Shown piece by piece: positions 42,260 through 52,700 of a stretch of DNA of 64,000 nucleotides. A program made the position numbers and the translations under genes. Every line of letters begins with the position of its first letter. The first letter of the stretch is position 1. The stretch comes from Magnetococcales bacterium (GTDB lineage: Bacteria; Pseudomonadota; Magnetococcia; Magnetococcales; JADFYX01). The stretch lies in the NCBI GenBank assembly GCA_015232405.1, contig JADFZS010000004.1:12053-76052 (forward strand). The letters run 5' to 3'. The notes below the pieces were generated by a model that did no database searches, had not been told where the DNA came from, and saw only the letters and a program-made list of their open reading frames with translations.

Positions 42260-42728
42260 AACTTTGATATTGCCTTTTTTGTATTCTGCTGGAATTTAAT
42301 TATAGTATTACCGTTTGTTACCCTGATGAATACCGCCCTATACCGAAGTATATTTTTGCTTCAAAGATGGCTGATGACCATCAAAATGAATTAATCTAGG
42401 GATCTATTAATGGAAAAATTTAATGTACACTCAAAATAATGATTTTAAGTTAGACAATTAACACAAAATTTTCAAGGAAAAATAAGTGGTGTATATTTCT
42501 TGTTAATACAATGACTTGCAATATCTCAAAAATGTGTTTTACCAATGTTTACATCACAAAACCGTAATGAAACTTCCAATATTTGATCAATCCATAAGTG
42601 GCAACCAACTATATTAATCTGTTACACTGCAATAGAATGTTTTTTCAAGCCTGAATTTAGCGGTTGATATTTTCTTTATATAACTGATGTTATATTTATA
42701 ATATTGCATAGACAACAGACCGGGCAAA

Positions 42729-43616
42729 ATGGTTGAAGCTCAAAATCAAGGAATAGTTGTCACCGATCCTGAAGAGATTATCAAGATATTCACCCAGGCT
42801 TTATTGGAAGATAACCCTTTTCAATTACAGATTGGTAAGCAGGTCTTTGTCTACTACAGCCGTTTTACCATAGATCCCCAACTAGCAGAATATATTGAAA
42901 ATGGTGAGCGGCTCCTGATTGCACCCCTTGATCCCCCCATTGGCAACATAAAGATAATAAAAAGTAAATTTGTCACTTTGGAGCTTTTTACCGAATTTCA
43001 TCTGGTCAATACCAAACTCCAATTTCTCTCTCGTCCCAACCCTGAATCCATTGAACTGAGTTTTCCCACCAAGCTACAGCTTGGTAAACAGAAAAGAGAC
43101 TCCATTAGAGTTGCCATAGATCCTATATGGGGTTTGGAGGTTAAGGCAGTTCGCCCCTCTGGAATCACATTTAATGGTAGACCTACAGATTTAAGTACCG
43201 GGGGAATATGTTTTTCTACTGAAGCAGCAATTCCAATTTTAACCAAGCAGTTTCGTTTACTGCTTATAATTACGTGGCCTTCTCGAAATGTTGAGGTACA
43301 GGCAAAAGCTATTCTGATTAAATTTCATGACAAAGATGGTGATATTTATTTTAGAGCAAAATTTCTTTTTGAAAATTACGACGAGGCCCGTGCAATGGAG
43401 GAGCTGGCCTCGGCCCTGCAATTAAGGGAGATTAAAAAACGGGAGGATCTATTTGGCATCAAGAAGGTTATGGACAATGCCAGTAAAGAAGACAAGGCAT
43501 TGATGGCTGAAGGCAGCAATAAACCGAAACCGGAAAATCAGGACAAAAAAAAGCTGAAACTAAAAAAGCTCCTAAAACTGCCCAAGCTGGCAAAAAAGAA
43601 AAAGCAGAAATCCTAA
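42729..43616 (+). CDS. PilZ-domain (YcgR-like) protein
   Basis: KRDSIR (RxxxR) and DLSTGG (DxSxxG). Confidence 0.85.
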   Translation: MVEAQNQGIVVTDPEEIIKIFTQALLEDNPFQLQIGKQVFVYYSRFTIDPQLAEYIENGERLLIAPLDPPIGNIKIIKSKFVTLELFTEFHLVNTKLQFLSRPNPESIELSFPTKLQLGKQKRDSIRVAIDPIWGLEVKAVRPSGITFNGRPTDLSTGGICFSTEAAIPILTKQFRLLLIITWPSRNVEVQAKAILIKFHDKDGDIYFRAKFLFENYDEARAMEELASALQLREIKKREDLFGIKKVMDNASKEDKALMAEGSNKPKPENQDKKKLKLKKLLKLPKLAKKKKQKS

Positions 43617-43711
43617 AAAGCCACAGATATTAATTTTTTTTCAACCAATGTATCATGGGAAGCACTTTATACCGTTTTACTTAAGTTAACTTACCCATGA
43701 TACCGCAATTA

Positions 43712-43724
43712 ACCTAGAAACGGC
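43712..43724. repeat. 13-bp remnant of the palindromic MITE terminus abutting the feoB stop
   Basis: TTA-ACCTAGAAACGGC-TTA. The 13-mer is identical to 21442-21454. Confidence 0.55.
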
Positions 43725-45932
43725 TTAAAAAAACATACCTCCCACAGAGACGATAGTTGCTGAGAGAGTCCAGGCCAATAGCAGGGAGAAAAGTACCGAA
43801 AATCCTGCCCATGACCAGCCTGCCTCTCTTTTAATTGCTGCTATTGTTGACAGGCATGGACTGTATAGGAGAAGAAAAACCATCAAGGCAAATGCCGTTA
43901 CCGGAGTCATTGCTTGGGAGATGGCGCTGCGAAGACCTGCCGATCCGGTCTCGCTACCGTCATCCTGTCCGTAGAGAACACCATAACTGGCTACAACCAC
44001 CTCTTTAGCAAAAATACCGGAGATAATTGCCACAGAGTCCTTCCAGTCAAAACCCTGGACGCTGAACATCGGTGCTATGGATTGACCAATTCTACCCAGA
44101 TAACTTTTTTCCATGCGCTCACGCTCTTTTTGATCGTTCAGCTCTGCTACAGCTAATTCACTCTGGGTTGTATCTGGTATGGCCTGGGCCTGGGCTATGG
44201 AGCTTTCATAGTTGACGCTATAGGTGATATCCCGTGGAAATTGCTGGAGAAACCATATAGTGATGGAGCCGACAACAATCACTCCGCCAACCATACGGAC
44301 AAAATCATAGGCACGTGAGCCAATGTGGGTCAATATCGACCCAAATGTTGGTAGTCGATAAGGGGGCAGCTCCATAACAAATGACTCTTTACCACCTTTT
44401 ATCACCACCTTGCTCAAGAAAACAGCCGATCCCATGGCTGTTGCAATGCTGATCATATACATTATAAAAATCATGCGTCCTGCATTGTCTGGAAAAAAAG
44501 CTCCACTCAGTAGAATAAATGCTGGTAAACGTTGGGAACATGACATAAAAGGATTGATCAAAACCGCCACTAAACGGGCGCGGGGACTCTCAATGGTTCG
44601 GGTTGCCATAACCGCAGGGACGTTACAGCCAAACCCCATAACCAGAGGTATAAATGCCTTACCATGAAGACCAAAAACATGCATAATTCTATCGAGAAGA
44701 AACGATGTGCGAGCTAGATAGCCGGTCTCACTGAACATGGCGATAAAAAAGAAAAGAATCAGAATATAGGGTAAAAAGACCACCACCGCCCCAATACCCA
44801 TGATCATGCCATCCATTATCAGATCTCGTACCAAGCCGTGGGGCATCAAATCCCCTACTCCAGCTGACAAAGCTCTAACTCCCTGATCAATCCAATCCGC
44901 TGGGTAGGCTCCCAATGTAAACGTGGATTCAAACATCATCCACATCAACAAAACAAATATTGGTAGCCCTAAAAGCCTATGGAGAAAAATTTGATCGATG
45001 CGACGAGTTAACTGCATGCTTTTTTCAGGATTTTTATCAATGGTGCGGACCTCCAAAAGCAGACCATGGATAAAACCGTATCGGGTATCGGCAAACATGC
45101 TGTCACATGACTCACCATGGCTGTGGGAGAGGTCATAGCGGGCGCGACGAACCAGTTCAATAAGGTGGCTATGTTCACCCTCACGGCGCAATAACTCGTC
45201 ATCACCCTCTAGCAGTTTTAGAGATAACCAGCGACTTTGATGCTGATCCATCTCACCCGGATGGAGTTTTGTTATTAGCTCTTGAACATTGTTAATTGCC
45301 TCTTCTAAATGGCTATCGTAAGGTAGTTTGATTGGGTGGACCTCACCATGGGGTCTATCAGCCATCTCTATAATGGCATCCAACACCTTATCCATCCCCA
45401 CACCAAGCTTGGCATTGGTCTCAACCACAGGACCATTTAACATACTAGCTAGATCTTTGGTATTTATGTGAATACCCTTCTGCTTAGCCTCATCAATCAT
45501 ATTTAGTACATAAACAGTCGCCTGACCCATCTCAAGAAGTTGAGTGGTAAAAAATAGGGAGCGGTCCAGATTGCCAGCATCGAGAATATTTAAAAGTACA
45601 TCGGCCTCTTCGGAGTGGAGATAATCACGTCCAATGCGCTCTTCCGGGGAGGTAGATGTTAATGAGTAGATTCCTGGCAGATCAACTATACGAATCTCAA
45701 TCCCTTTGTAATCGATACGACTTTCTTGGATTTCAACTGTTACCCGGGGATAGTTACCTATACTTCCCTGACTATTGGATAGTTTATTATAAAGTGAAGT
45801 CTTTCCACAGTTGGGGTTGCCAACCAATCCCACGGTAATAACCCGTTTTTTTTCTGTTGCAGCTGTTTTGCTCTCTTTTTTAGAGGGTTTTTGGAGTATG
45901 GACGGCTTGAGAGATTTTTTTTGAGCATTCAT
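43725..45932 (-). CDS. feoB: Ferrous iron transporter FeoB
   Basis: GNPNCGKT, DLPGIYSL, GFGCNVPA, FVMELPPYR. Confidence 0.97.
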   Translation of the reverse strand: MNAQKKSLKPSILQKPSKKESKTAATEKKRVITVGLVGNPNCGKTSLYNKLSNSQGSIGNYPRVTVEIQESRIDYKGIEIRIVDLPGIYSLTSTSPEERIGRDYLHSEEADVLLNILDAGNLDRSLFFTTQLLEMGQATVYVLNMIDEAKQKGIHINTKDLASMLNGPVVETNAKLGVGMDKVLDAIIEMADRPHGEVHPIKLPYDSHLEEAINNVQELITKLHPGEMDQHQSRWLSLKLLEGDDELLRREGEHSHLIELVRRARYDLSHSHGESCDSMFADTRYGFIHGLLLEVRTIDKNPEKSMQLTRRIDQIFLHRLLGLPIFVLLMWMMFESTFTLGAYPADWIDQGVRALSAGVGDLMPHGLVRDLIMDGMIMGIGAVVVFLPYILILFFFIAMFSETGYLARTSFLLDRIMHVFGLHGKAFIPLVMGFGCNVPAVMATRTIESPRARLVAVLINPFMSCSQRLPAFILLSGAFFPDNAGRMIFIMYMISIATAMGSAVFLSKVVIKGGKESFVMELPPYRLPTFGSILTHIGSRAYDFVRMVGGVIVVGSITIWFLQQFPRDITYSVNYESSIAQAQAIPDTTQSELAVAELNDQKERERMEKSYLGRIGQSIAPMFSVQGFDWKDSVAIISGIFAKEVVVASYGVLYGQDDGSETGSAGLRSAISQAMTPVTAFALMVFLLLYSPCLSTIAAIKREAGWSWAGFSVLFSLLLAWTLSATIVSVGGMFF

Positions 45933-46107
45933 GGGTAAACAATTCCTTGATATAAACTCTTGCTATTTTCTCTGGACAAACAGCGAACAGAATATATTTT
46001 CACTCTGCTTTATGATAGGTCTGTTATAAGTATTTTTGCTTAAGCTAGGCGAAACAATTTCTTGAAATATTGCCTAAATTAAGGTAATTTCTAGACTTTT
46101 CATCCTT

Positions 46108-47208
46108 ATGGGAGAGCAAGCTAAAGTGGAATCTTCTTCGCTAGAATTAATTGACAGACTGCTTAAAACCATCGATTCCCTCATTGCAGTAGGAGATCTC
46201 AAACAGGCTGAAGAGCTTTGCAACTCTATATTGGCTAAAGATATAAATGCCGCTTCTGGTGAATTTTTATATCTAAAAGGGCTGATCACCCTTAAAAATG
46301 AACATTATCAAGATGCTGTTATTTTGTTGACAGAAGCTGTAAATAACAATCCCACAAACAAAAAATTTAAAGAAGAGCTTACAGTAGCTTTGATGAAAGC
46401 AGGTCAAAGTTGCCAGGATAGTGGCTCGTTTGACGAAGCTAGAAACTATTACCGCTGCACACTTATGATCAACCCAAACCATGAAGAGGCTCCAGAGGCT
46501 TTGGTTGCCATGGACATGTCTGGGGATTATTATTTAGATGTTCTAGAACAAATACATATATGGCTGAAACCCACTGCTTATCTTGAAATAGGTGTATCAA
46601 GGGGAGAGTCCATGACCCTCGCCAAACCGCCAACTTTTTGTGTTGGTATTGATCCTACACCGTTGATAAAAGTACCTTTTCACACCCAAACTGAGCTTTT
46701 TAAAATTGAGAGCGATCGTTTTTTTGCCGAGCATGATCTACCTGCTATTCTGGAAGGTAGAAAAGTTGATTTGTCATTCATAGATGGCCTTCACACCTTT
46801 GAACAGGTTTTTAGGGATTTTATAAATGTTGAGAGTTACTGCCACCCAGATACTATTATTGTTCTCCACGACTGCCTACCTTCAGACCCTATTACCTCTG
46901 CCCGTAACAGAATCTCTGGCTGGTGGACTGGTGATGTATGGAAGGTGTTACCATGTTTAATGAAATATCGACCGGATCTTGCCATAATTATCATTCCTGC
47001 TCCACCATCTGGGTTGGCGATTATTACCAGACTTGATCCAGAATCAACATTATTGGAAAAAAGGTATAATGAGCTTGTTGAAGAGTTCCAAGGGCTAACA
47101 TTCAAAGAGTTTGAAAAGATAAGAGATGAATCTTTCAACCTGGTAACAAATGAGTGGGAGACCATTGAAAAACATATTAAAGAGGCAAGAACCAACCATC
47201 AAAAATAG
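46108..47208 (+). CDS. TPR protein fused to a class I SAM methyltransferase (Methyltransf_24-like)
   Basis: TPR helices, then YLEIGV, FIDGLH, VLHD. Confidence 0.85.
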   Translation: MGEQAKVESSSLELIDRLLKTIDSLIAVGDLKQAEELCNSILAKDINAASGEFLYLKGLITLKNEHYQDAVILLTEAVNNNPTNKKFKEELTVALMKAGQSCQDSGSFDEARNYYRCTLMINPNHEEAPEALVAMDMSGDYYLDVLEQIHIWLKPTAYLEIGVSRGESMTLAKPPTFCVGIDPTPLIKVPFHTQTELFKIESDRFFAEHDLPAILEGRKVDLSFIDGLHTFEQVFRDFINVESYCHPDTIIVLHDCLPSDPITSARNRISGWWTGDVWKVLPCLMKYRPDLAIIIIPAPPSGLAIITRLDPESTLLEKRYNELVEEFQGLTFKEFEKIRDESFNLVTNEWETIEKHIKEARTNHQK

Positions 47209-47255
47209 TTAAAAGAGCGTCCATTTATGTTGATAATATTGTCGGGTTATAAATA

Positions 47256-48101
47256 TTAAACCTGATGCCCATCAATTTTGTTTAAAATTTGTTTAATTGC
47301 GGGATAGCCAATTGCGTCATAGTAGTCTACCAGTCCAGCATTGCACTTCATAATAACATAGAAAATCATTTTATTATGTTTATTCCAACTATAAAACTCA
47401 GCTAAACTGGAAGCTCTCTCTATTCTGTGGGTATTTGTCTTACCTACAGCAAAAACCTGATCCAGATAATCTTGGCTACAGGTAAGATATCCTTGGGTAA
47501 AATAGTTAAACAATGTTTTAAAATGTTCGGGGTCGGTTGTATAATCCTCCATTTTGAATGTCTCTGCTTTGGAGGCCAAGATAGAGGCTTCAAAATGCAT
47601 GGCGTGGCCGACATTCCAGGTAAACAGTAGCTCCATATCTGTTGTAGATATCTGTTCATTTTCAGCAATATTTGGAAAACAGTTTAGAGATACCAAATAC
47701 TGTATCATATCAGCATTAACTCTGCTGAACTGGTCCAACATTATTTTATAGTTATGGTGGTTTTGTGGTTTTTGGGATTCAGATAGATGGTGGTTGAACA
47801 GGGAAGATATCCTCTGTATGGGATCTCTTGTTAAAAATCCAAAGGAGCCTCCCAAATCACTAATGGGTTTTTCCATATGGCTGCCGTGATAACCATGGAT
47901 ACCACCCACCCATAGACCGTTTTTCGCTCTGGCTTTCAGCCCTTTAGCAAAATCTAAACAGGTTAGTTCTTCAGTATTTCCACTATCTTCAAAATGCCTG
48001 GTCCCATGATAACATTGTAAATCTTCATGTATACTCAGAACTTTAGCCAACCAACTTGTGGCTGTTCCTCCCCAGGAAGAGGCATAAAAAATGTTTCCCA
48101 T
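47256..48101 (-). CDS. Hypothetical protein, possibly sulfotransferase-like fold
   Basis: N-terminal GGTATSWLAKVLSIH and a later LTRDP motif resemble degenerate PAPS-binding motifs. Confidence 0.5.
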   Translation of the reverse strand: MGNIFYASSWGGTATSWLAKVLSIHEDLQCYHGTRHFEDSGNTEELTCLDFAKGLKARAKNGLWVGGIHGYHGSHMEKPISDLGGSFGFLTRDPIQRISSLFNHHLSESQKPQNHHNYKIMLDQFSRVNADMIQYLVSLNCFPNIAENEQISTTDMELLFTWNVGHAMHFEASILASKAETFKMEDYTTDPEHFKTLFNYFTQGYLTCSQDYLDQVFAVGKTNTHRIERASSLAEFYSWNKHNKMIFYVIMKCNAGLVDYYDAIGYPAIKQILNKIDGHQV

Positions 48102-48377
48102 ATCACCCTGTAATGTTTTTTTTCCATATTAAAAAAAGATTATAATCCCATGACTTAGTTTCATACTATATGCTTATAACCCACTTAGCAAAAATGTATT
48201 TGGTATTCAGTAGATATGTAAAAGAGGTTTGTATAACCTTAAATTTTATTTACAAACGATAATAAGCCTTAAAAATAAATGCGTGTTTTTATTCCCATTT
48301 ATATGAAAGTGGACTTTATTTTATAATAAATGCAGGATGGTTGTTTATCAGGATGTTGAATTTATGAAACTGTTGGT

Positions 48378-49676
48378 GTGGGAGTGAGCCAATTGAATGC
48401 CATAAACCTAGAAACAGCAGTTGTCAGCACGCACCTGACGCAACCTATTGATTCATCTGGCATAACAGATCAAAGTCTCATCACCAATAATAAGGTGACT
48501 TCGATTTGCTCTGTTACACCAGCTAAACCAATATGTTACGCCATGCACGCACCGCCAACCGCCGTTTCTAGGTTAAAAGTTTTCATCATTTTGTTTTTAT
48601 TGTTAATATTCTACTCTGTTGGGGTTGTTAATGCTGCTGTAAACAAACATCGTATTATGATAGTCAGCAGTTATCACAAGAGCTATCTGTGGTCTCAGGA
48701 CACCAACAAGGGTGTATGTGCTGCTCTGTTGGACTTTGCATATCTGGACAGTTTGCAGCAAGCAGAGATTTTGACAAACAATAATTTTGTTGAAAGCTCC
48801 CGGGCAATTATCAAAAAATTGTGGATGGATACCAAACGCAAAAACTCTCGCCATGAGTTGGCAATAACCTCAGCAAGGATTGTTAAAGCGATAGAGCTTT
48901 TTAAACCAGATATATTACTGCTAGGTGATGATAACGCCACAAATTATATAGGAAATTATTATTACAACACAAGCTTACCCATTGTTTTTTGGGGCATGAA
49001 CGGAACCCCTCCGAAATATGGCCTTATAGATTCTGTAGCAACACCTGGACACAACATAACAGGGGTATATCAAGCAGGATATCTAAGGGAAGGGGTTGAG
49101 TTTCTTGTAAAACTGTTGCCACACATTAAGACTATGGCTATTCTTTCGGACAAATCCCCAACTGGACGCTCAAAAACAAAAATTCTGCATAAATTGGCCC
49201 AGGATGGAAAACTACCAGTTAGATTGGTTGGTACCGTGGGAACAAACAACCTTACAAGATGGCAAGTCAGGGCTTTGGAGTTGGCAAGTAAAGCCGATGC
49301 TTTTTTTGTACTTAATCACAACACAATAAAGGATGAAATGGGCCGCTCTGTACCACAGTTGCAGTTAGGTGCGTGGTATCTACGTAATATTAATAAACCA
49401 GATATCGGCCATGAAAAGCAGTTTGTTGAAGAGGGTCTACTGGGTGCTGTTGATGATTCTGGCTATAAGCAGGGATATGAAGCTGTCCGTATCGCCAATA
49501 GAATAATTGGCAAAGGGGCAAATCCTGCTTTTATATCATCCTACGCCCCATCAAGGGGTAAATTTATTGTTAATCTGCAACGGGCAAAAATGTTGGGGTT
49601 AGACCATTTAATTAAAGGCAACCCGATAGTTGAGGAAACAATTGAAAGAGCCTTGGCTCTGGATACATACCCATGA
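48378..49676 (+). CDS. ABC-type substrate-binding protein carrying an in-frame MITE in its signal peptide
   Basis: LLLGDDNA, PIVFWG, NITGV. N-terminus contains 57 MITE-encoded residues. Confidence 0.8.
   Translation: MGVSQLNAINLETAVVSTHLTQPIDSSGITDQSLITNNKVTSICSVTPAKPICYAMHAPPTAVSRLKVFIILFLLLIFYSVGVVNAAVNKHRIMIVSSYHKSYLWSQDTNKGVCAALLDFAYLDSLQQAEILTNNNFVESSRAIIKKLWMDTKRKNSRHELAITSARIVKAIELFKPDILLLGDDNATNYIGNYYYNTSLPIVFWGMNGTPPKYGLIDSVATPGHNITGVYQAGYLREGVEFLVKLLPHIKTMAILSDKSPTGRSKTKILHKLAQDGKLPVRLVGTVGTNNLTRWQVRALELASKADAFFVLNHNTIKDEMGRSVPQLQLGAWYLRNINKPDIGHEKQFVEEGLLGAVDDSGYKQGYEAVRIANRIIGKGANPAFISSYAPSRGKFIVNLQRAKMLGLDHLIKGNPIVEETIERALALDTYP
48406..48573. mobile_element. 168-bp palindromic MITE, copy 2 (inverted relative to copy 1) with TAA target duplication
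   Basis: TAA at 48403-05 and 48574-76. Differs from copy 1 by 4 substitutions plus a 3-nt indel. Confidence 0.9.
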
Positions 49677-49770
49677 GAACTTATTGAAATATTTGACTGA
49701 ATGTAGTAAAAGATCTACTTGACTTGAGAAAAGCAATCATTATCACTTAGAAGTTTATTCAGGATAACTA

Positions 49771-50796
49771 ATGAAGGCATTAAGATTTTATACATATTTG
49801 GTATTTGGATTGATCATTGCTTCTTTTCATCCAAATATTGGTCATAGCGCAGAAAACAGACTGCCACTGCAGGGAGCTGGCTTCTCTGATCCCAATGCAA
49901 CTGTAAAAAAACCTTTGGCCTGGAGTCAAAAAGCTATAACCTATCCTAAATGGGCAAAGAGTGCTGATCTTGCCATGGTGCTGGATCAACAGGTCTACCA
50001 CTCATTGCTAACTGATGTGCAGAGCTATGCCAAAGAGCAAAATATCAAGGTTGCGGTTTCAGAAGGTCGCTGTGGAAATACCAAAAAGCTTCTTAACAAA
50101 CGAGGAGTTGATATTGGAGGTTGGTGTTGTCCACCGGGAAACTTTGATCGACTGCCCGGCCTTAAATTCCACACCATTGGTATTGGTGCTTTGGCAATTA
50201 TTGTTCATAAAGATAACCCCATAGATAACCTGACTTTGCAACAGGTAAGAGATATATTCCAGGGAAAAATTACCAATTGGAATCAGATAGTTGATGGCTC
50301 AGCTTTGAAAGGTGGCAACCTTCCTATACGTCCATCTGTTCGCCTCCATTGCAAACCACGCCCTGGTCACTGGCGACTCATCTTGGACAACGAAAATCTT
50401 TTCGGCTTTAATGTTGAGGAGACGGGAACCATCCCCAATATGATCCTAAAGAGTGTCTCCAACTATCCCGGTTCCATAGGGTTTGAAACTTTGGGCCATC
50501 TTGACCGCTACAAGAATGAAAGTTTTTTGAAGGTTCTTAAAATAGACGGTGTTGACCCCAACGATTCCAAAGCCTTGGCCCAGGGACGCTACCCTTTTTA
50601 TAGAACCCACAGCCTGACCACCTGGCAGCAAGAATCAGCAGCCAACCCCCATGCAGATAAGATGGTCTCCTATGTTATCAAACTTATAGAGTCCAAAGGT
50701 TTAATGAACAACCCCTACAAGATTGTCCCTGCAAGTTATCTAAGAGAAGCTAAATGGCAGTTTAAAGGGGAAGAGTTGGTTGGTATCCCTAAATGA
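49771..50796 (+). CDS. PstS-like periplasmic binding protein
   Basis: Signal peptide, ALAIIVHKDNPIDNLTLQQVRDIFQGKITNW, GRYPFYR. Confidence 0.85.
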   Translation: MKALRFYTYLVFGLIIASFHPNIGHSAENRLPLQGAGFSDPNATVKKPLAWSQKAITYPKWAKSADLAMVLDQQVYHSLLTDVQSYAKEQNIKVAVSEGRCGNTKKLLNKRGVDIGGWCCPPGNFDRLPGLKFHTIGIGALAIIVHKDNPIDNLTLQQVRDIFQGKITNWNQIVDGSALKGGNLPIRPSVRLHCKPRPGHWRLILDNENLFGFNVEETGTIPNMILKSVSNYPGSIGFETLGHLDRYKNESFLKVLKIDGVDPNDSKALAQGRYPFYRTHSLTTWQQESAANPHADKMVSYVIKLIESKGLMNNPYKIVPASYLREAKWQFKGEELVGIPK

Positions 50797-52700
50797 CAGA
50801 ACCACAAATAGAGGTTGACTCCCCTCCAGTCAGGAAAAAGGGGCGGTTATCTCTCACAGTAAAACTAATTTTTCCCGCTATGATAGCTGCCCTTATATCA
50901 TGGTTATTACTGGACTATCTGCAAAACCAAACAACAAAAAAAACATCTGACAACCATCTAATGCAGATGATCAAGCAGCAGTCCTTGGAAGATAGAAATA
51001 AGCTGGATGGATATTTTAAACAACAGAGTGATATAGTTAAAATATTTGTGCGTTTAGCTGTATTTAGAGACTATATGGAGGAACAGGAAGCTGTAGGCTG
51101 GACAGAACAAAACCCCAGTGAAGTTTTAACCTGGACCGGATACACACCATGGATGCCGGATCGGGCATCTACCCGAAAATTTGCTGGTGGTGCTCCTATA
51201 TTTCTCCTTTTTGACCCCCAAGACAGGCTGCGTGAAATTTTTATGGGGATGCCAAATAGAGCTTTTCAAGGATTTATAGCTGATATCGATCCCAGCATGT
51301 TGGTTTTAGAAGAGGAGGAGACCACCCTGCTGGAGCACAAAAAAAAGCTCTACCTCATTTCTACAGCCAAAGCCCCCATGAATGAAATGGGTATGCCCAG
51401 AGCCACCCTTGCTATGGTGATTCCCATTGATGACAGCTTTCTTTTGAGCTTTCACCGCCGTGAGTTGGCCAAAGGAATCGTTGCTTTTTTAGATGTACGT
51501 AACAAAAAAGTAATTGCTAGCAGCCACCCTTTAAAAGTTCCCGATGGAATTTCAACTACCAAGCTCAAGAATACATACAATGTGGATTCCACATCCTACT
51601 TTGATTTTGATTATGCCTCGGATCTACCGATTGAATTTGCCTCCTTAACTCCTCTTATTGATATGCAGATGTTGGCCCAGGAGATGGTCTCATCACAACG
51701 TACCTACCGTTTTTTCACGGCAGGCCTGTTAATAGTCGCCTTCGGGGGTATTTTAACCTGGGTAGCTGGCAAACTGCGCAATTTTAGCCAACAGATGATC
51801 AGCTATTCACGACAACACCTTGGCATTATCGGTCAAAGAGAAGAGGTAGAGCGGGATGAACTCGAACGAATTGGCAGCCAGTTTATCCGACTTGTGGATG
51901 AAATGGTATTGACAAGAAAGAGGGAGGAACTACAGCAGGATAAATTAATTGAAACAGAAAAAATGGCTGCTTTAGGTAGCTTGGTCGCTGGAGTTGCCCA
52001 TGAAATCAACACCCCCATAGGAATTGCCTTTACAGCATCCTCTTTTTTAGAAAAAGAGAGCATTGATATAAAAGTAAAATATGACAACCAAAAGTTAAGC
52101 AGGTCTGATCTGGACAGATATATCGATCTATCCCGTGAATCATCCCAGCTGATCTTTTCCAACCTTGATAAAGCTGCCAATCTTGTACGCAGTTTCAAAC
52201 AGGTCGCTGTGGACCAATCTAGTGAGCAGATAAGGACATTTTTAGTAAAAGAATTTATTGCAGGCGTTTTGGATACCTTAAGCCCTCTGCTAAAACGTAC
52301 CCAACACACAGTGGATTTGGAATGTGCCGAGGATTTAAAGATCACCAGCTATCCTGGAGCCTTTTCGCAAATAATAACCAACATGATTAATAACAGCTTA
52401 CAACACGGCTTTGAAGAGGATACAGCTGGCAAGATCAAAATATCTGTCTATATGAAAAACAACCTTTTTGAATTTCATTTTTCAGATAACGGAAAAGGTA
52501 TGGATGAAGATCTTTTAAATAAACTTTATGAACCTTTTCACACAACGAAACGTTCAGAGGGTGGAACCGGACTGGGTATGCACATTGTGTATAATCTTGT
52601 ATCACAAACCATCGGCGGCTCCATCAACTGCCAAAGCAGCCCTAGCAAAGGCACCCATTTTATCATTCACAAAGAATTTGTGGATAATACCTCCTTATAA
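50793..52700 (+). CDS. Membrane sensor histidine kinase
   Basis: EKMAALGSLVAGVAHEINTP, DNGKG, GGTGLG. Confidence 0.93.
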   Translation: MTEPQIEVDSPPVRKKGRLSLTVKLIFPAMIAALISWLLLDYLQNQTTKKTSDNHLMQMIKQQSLEDRNKLDGYFKQQSDIVKIFVRLAVFRDYMEEQEAVGWTEQNPSEVLTWTGYTPWMPDRASTRKFAGGAPIFLLFDPQDRLREIFMGMPNRAFQGFIADIDPSMLVLEEEETTLLEHKKKLYLISTAKAPMNEMGMPRATLAMVIPIDDSFLLSFHRRELAKGIVAFLDVRNKKVIASSHPLKVPDGISTTKLKNTYNVDSTSYFDFDYASDLPIEFASLTPLIDMQMLAQEMVSSQRTYRFFTAGLLIVAFGGILTWVAGKLRNFSQQMISYSRQHLGIIGQREEVERDELERIGSQFIRLVDEMVLTRKREELQQDKLIETEKMAALGSLVAGVAHEINTPIGIAFTASSFLEKESIDIKVKYDNQKLSRSDLDRYIDLSRESSQLIFSNLDKAANLVRSFKQVAVDQSSEQIRTFLVKEFIAGVLDTLSPLLKRTQHTVDLECAEDLKITSYPGAFSQIITNMINNSLQHGFEEDTAGKIKISVYMKNNLFEFHFSDNGKGMDEDLLNKLYEPFHTTKRSEGGTGLGMHIVYNLVSQTIGGSINCQSSPSKGTHFIIHKEFVDNTSL

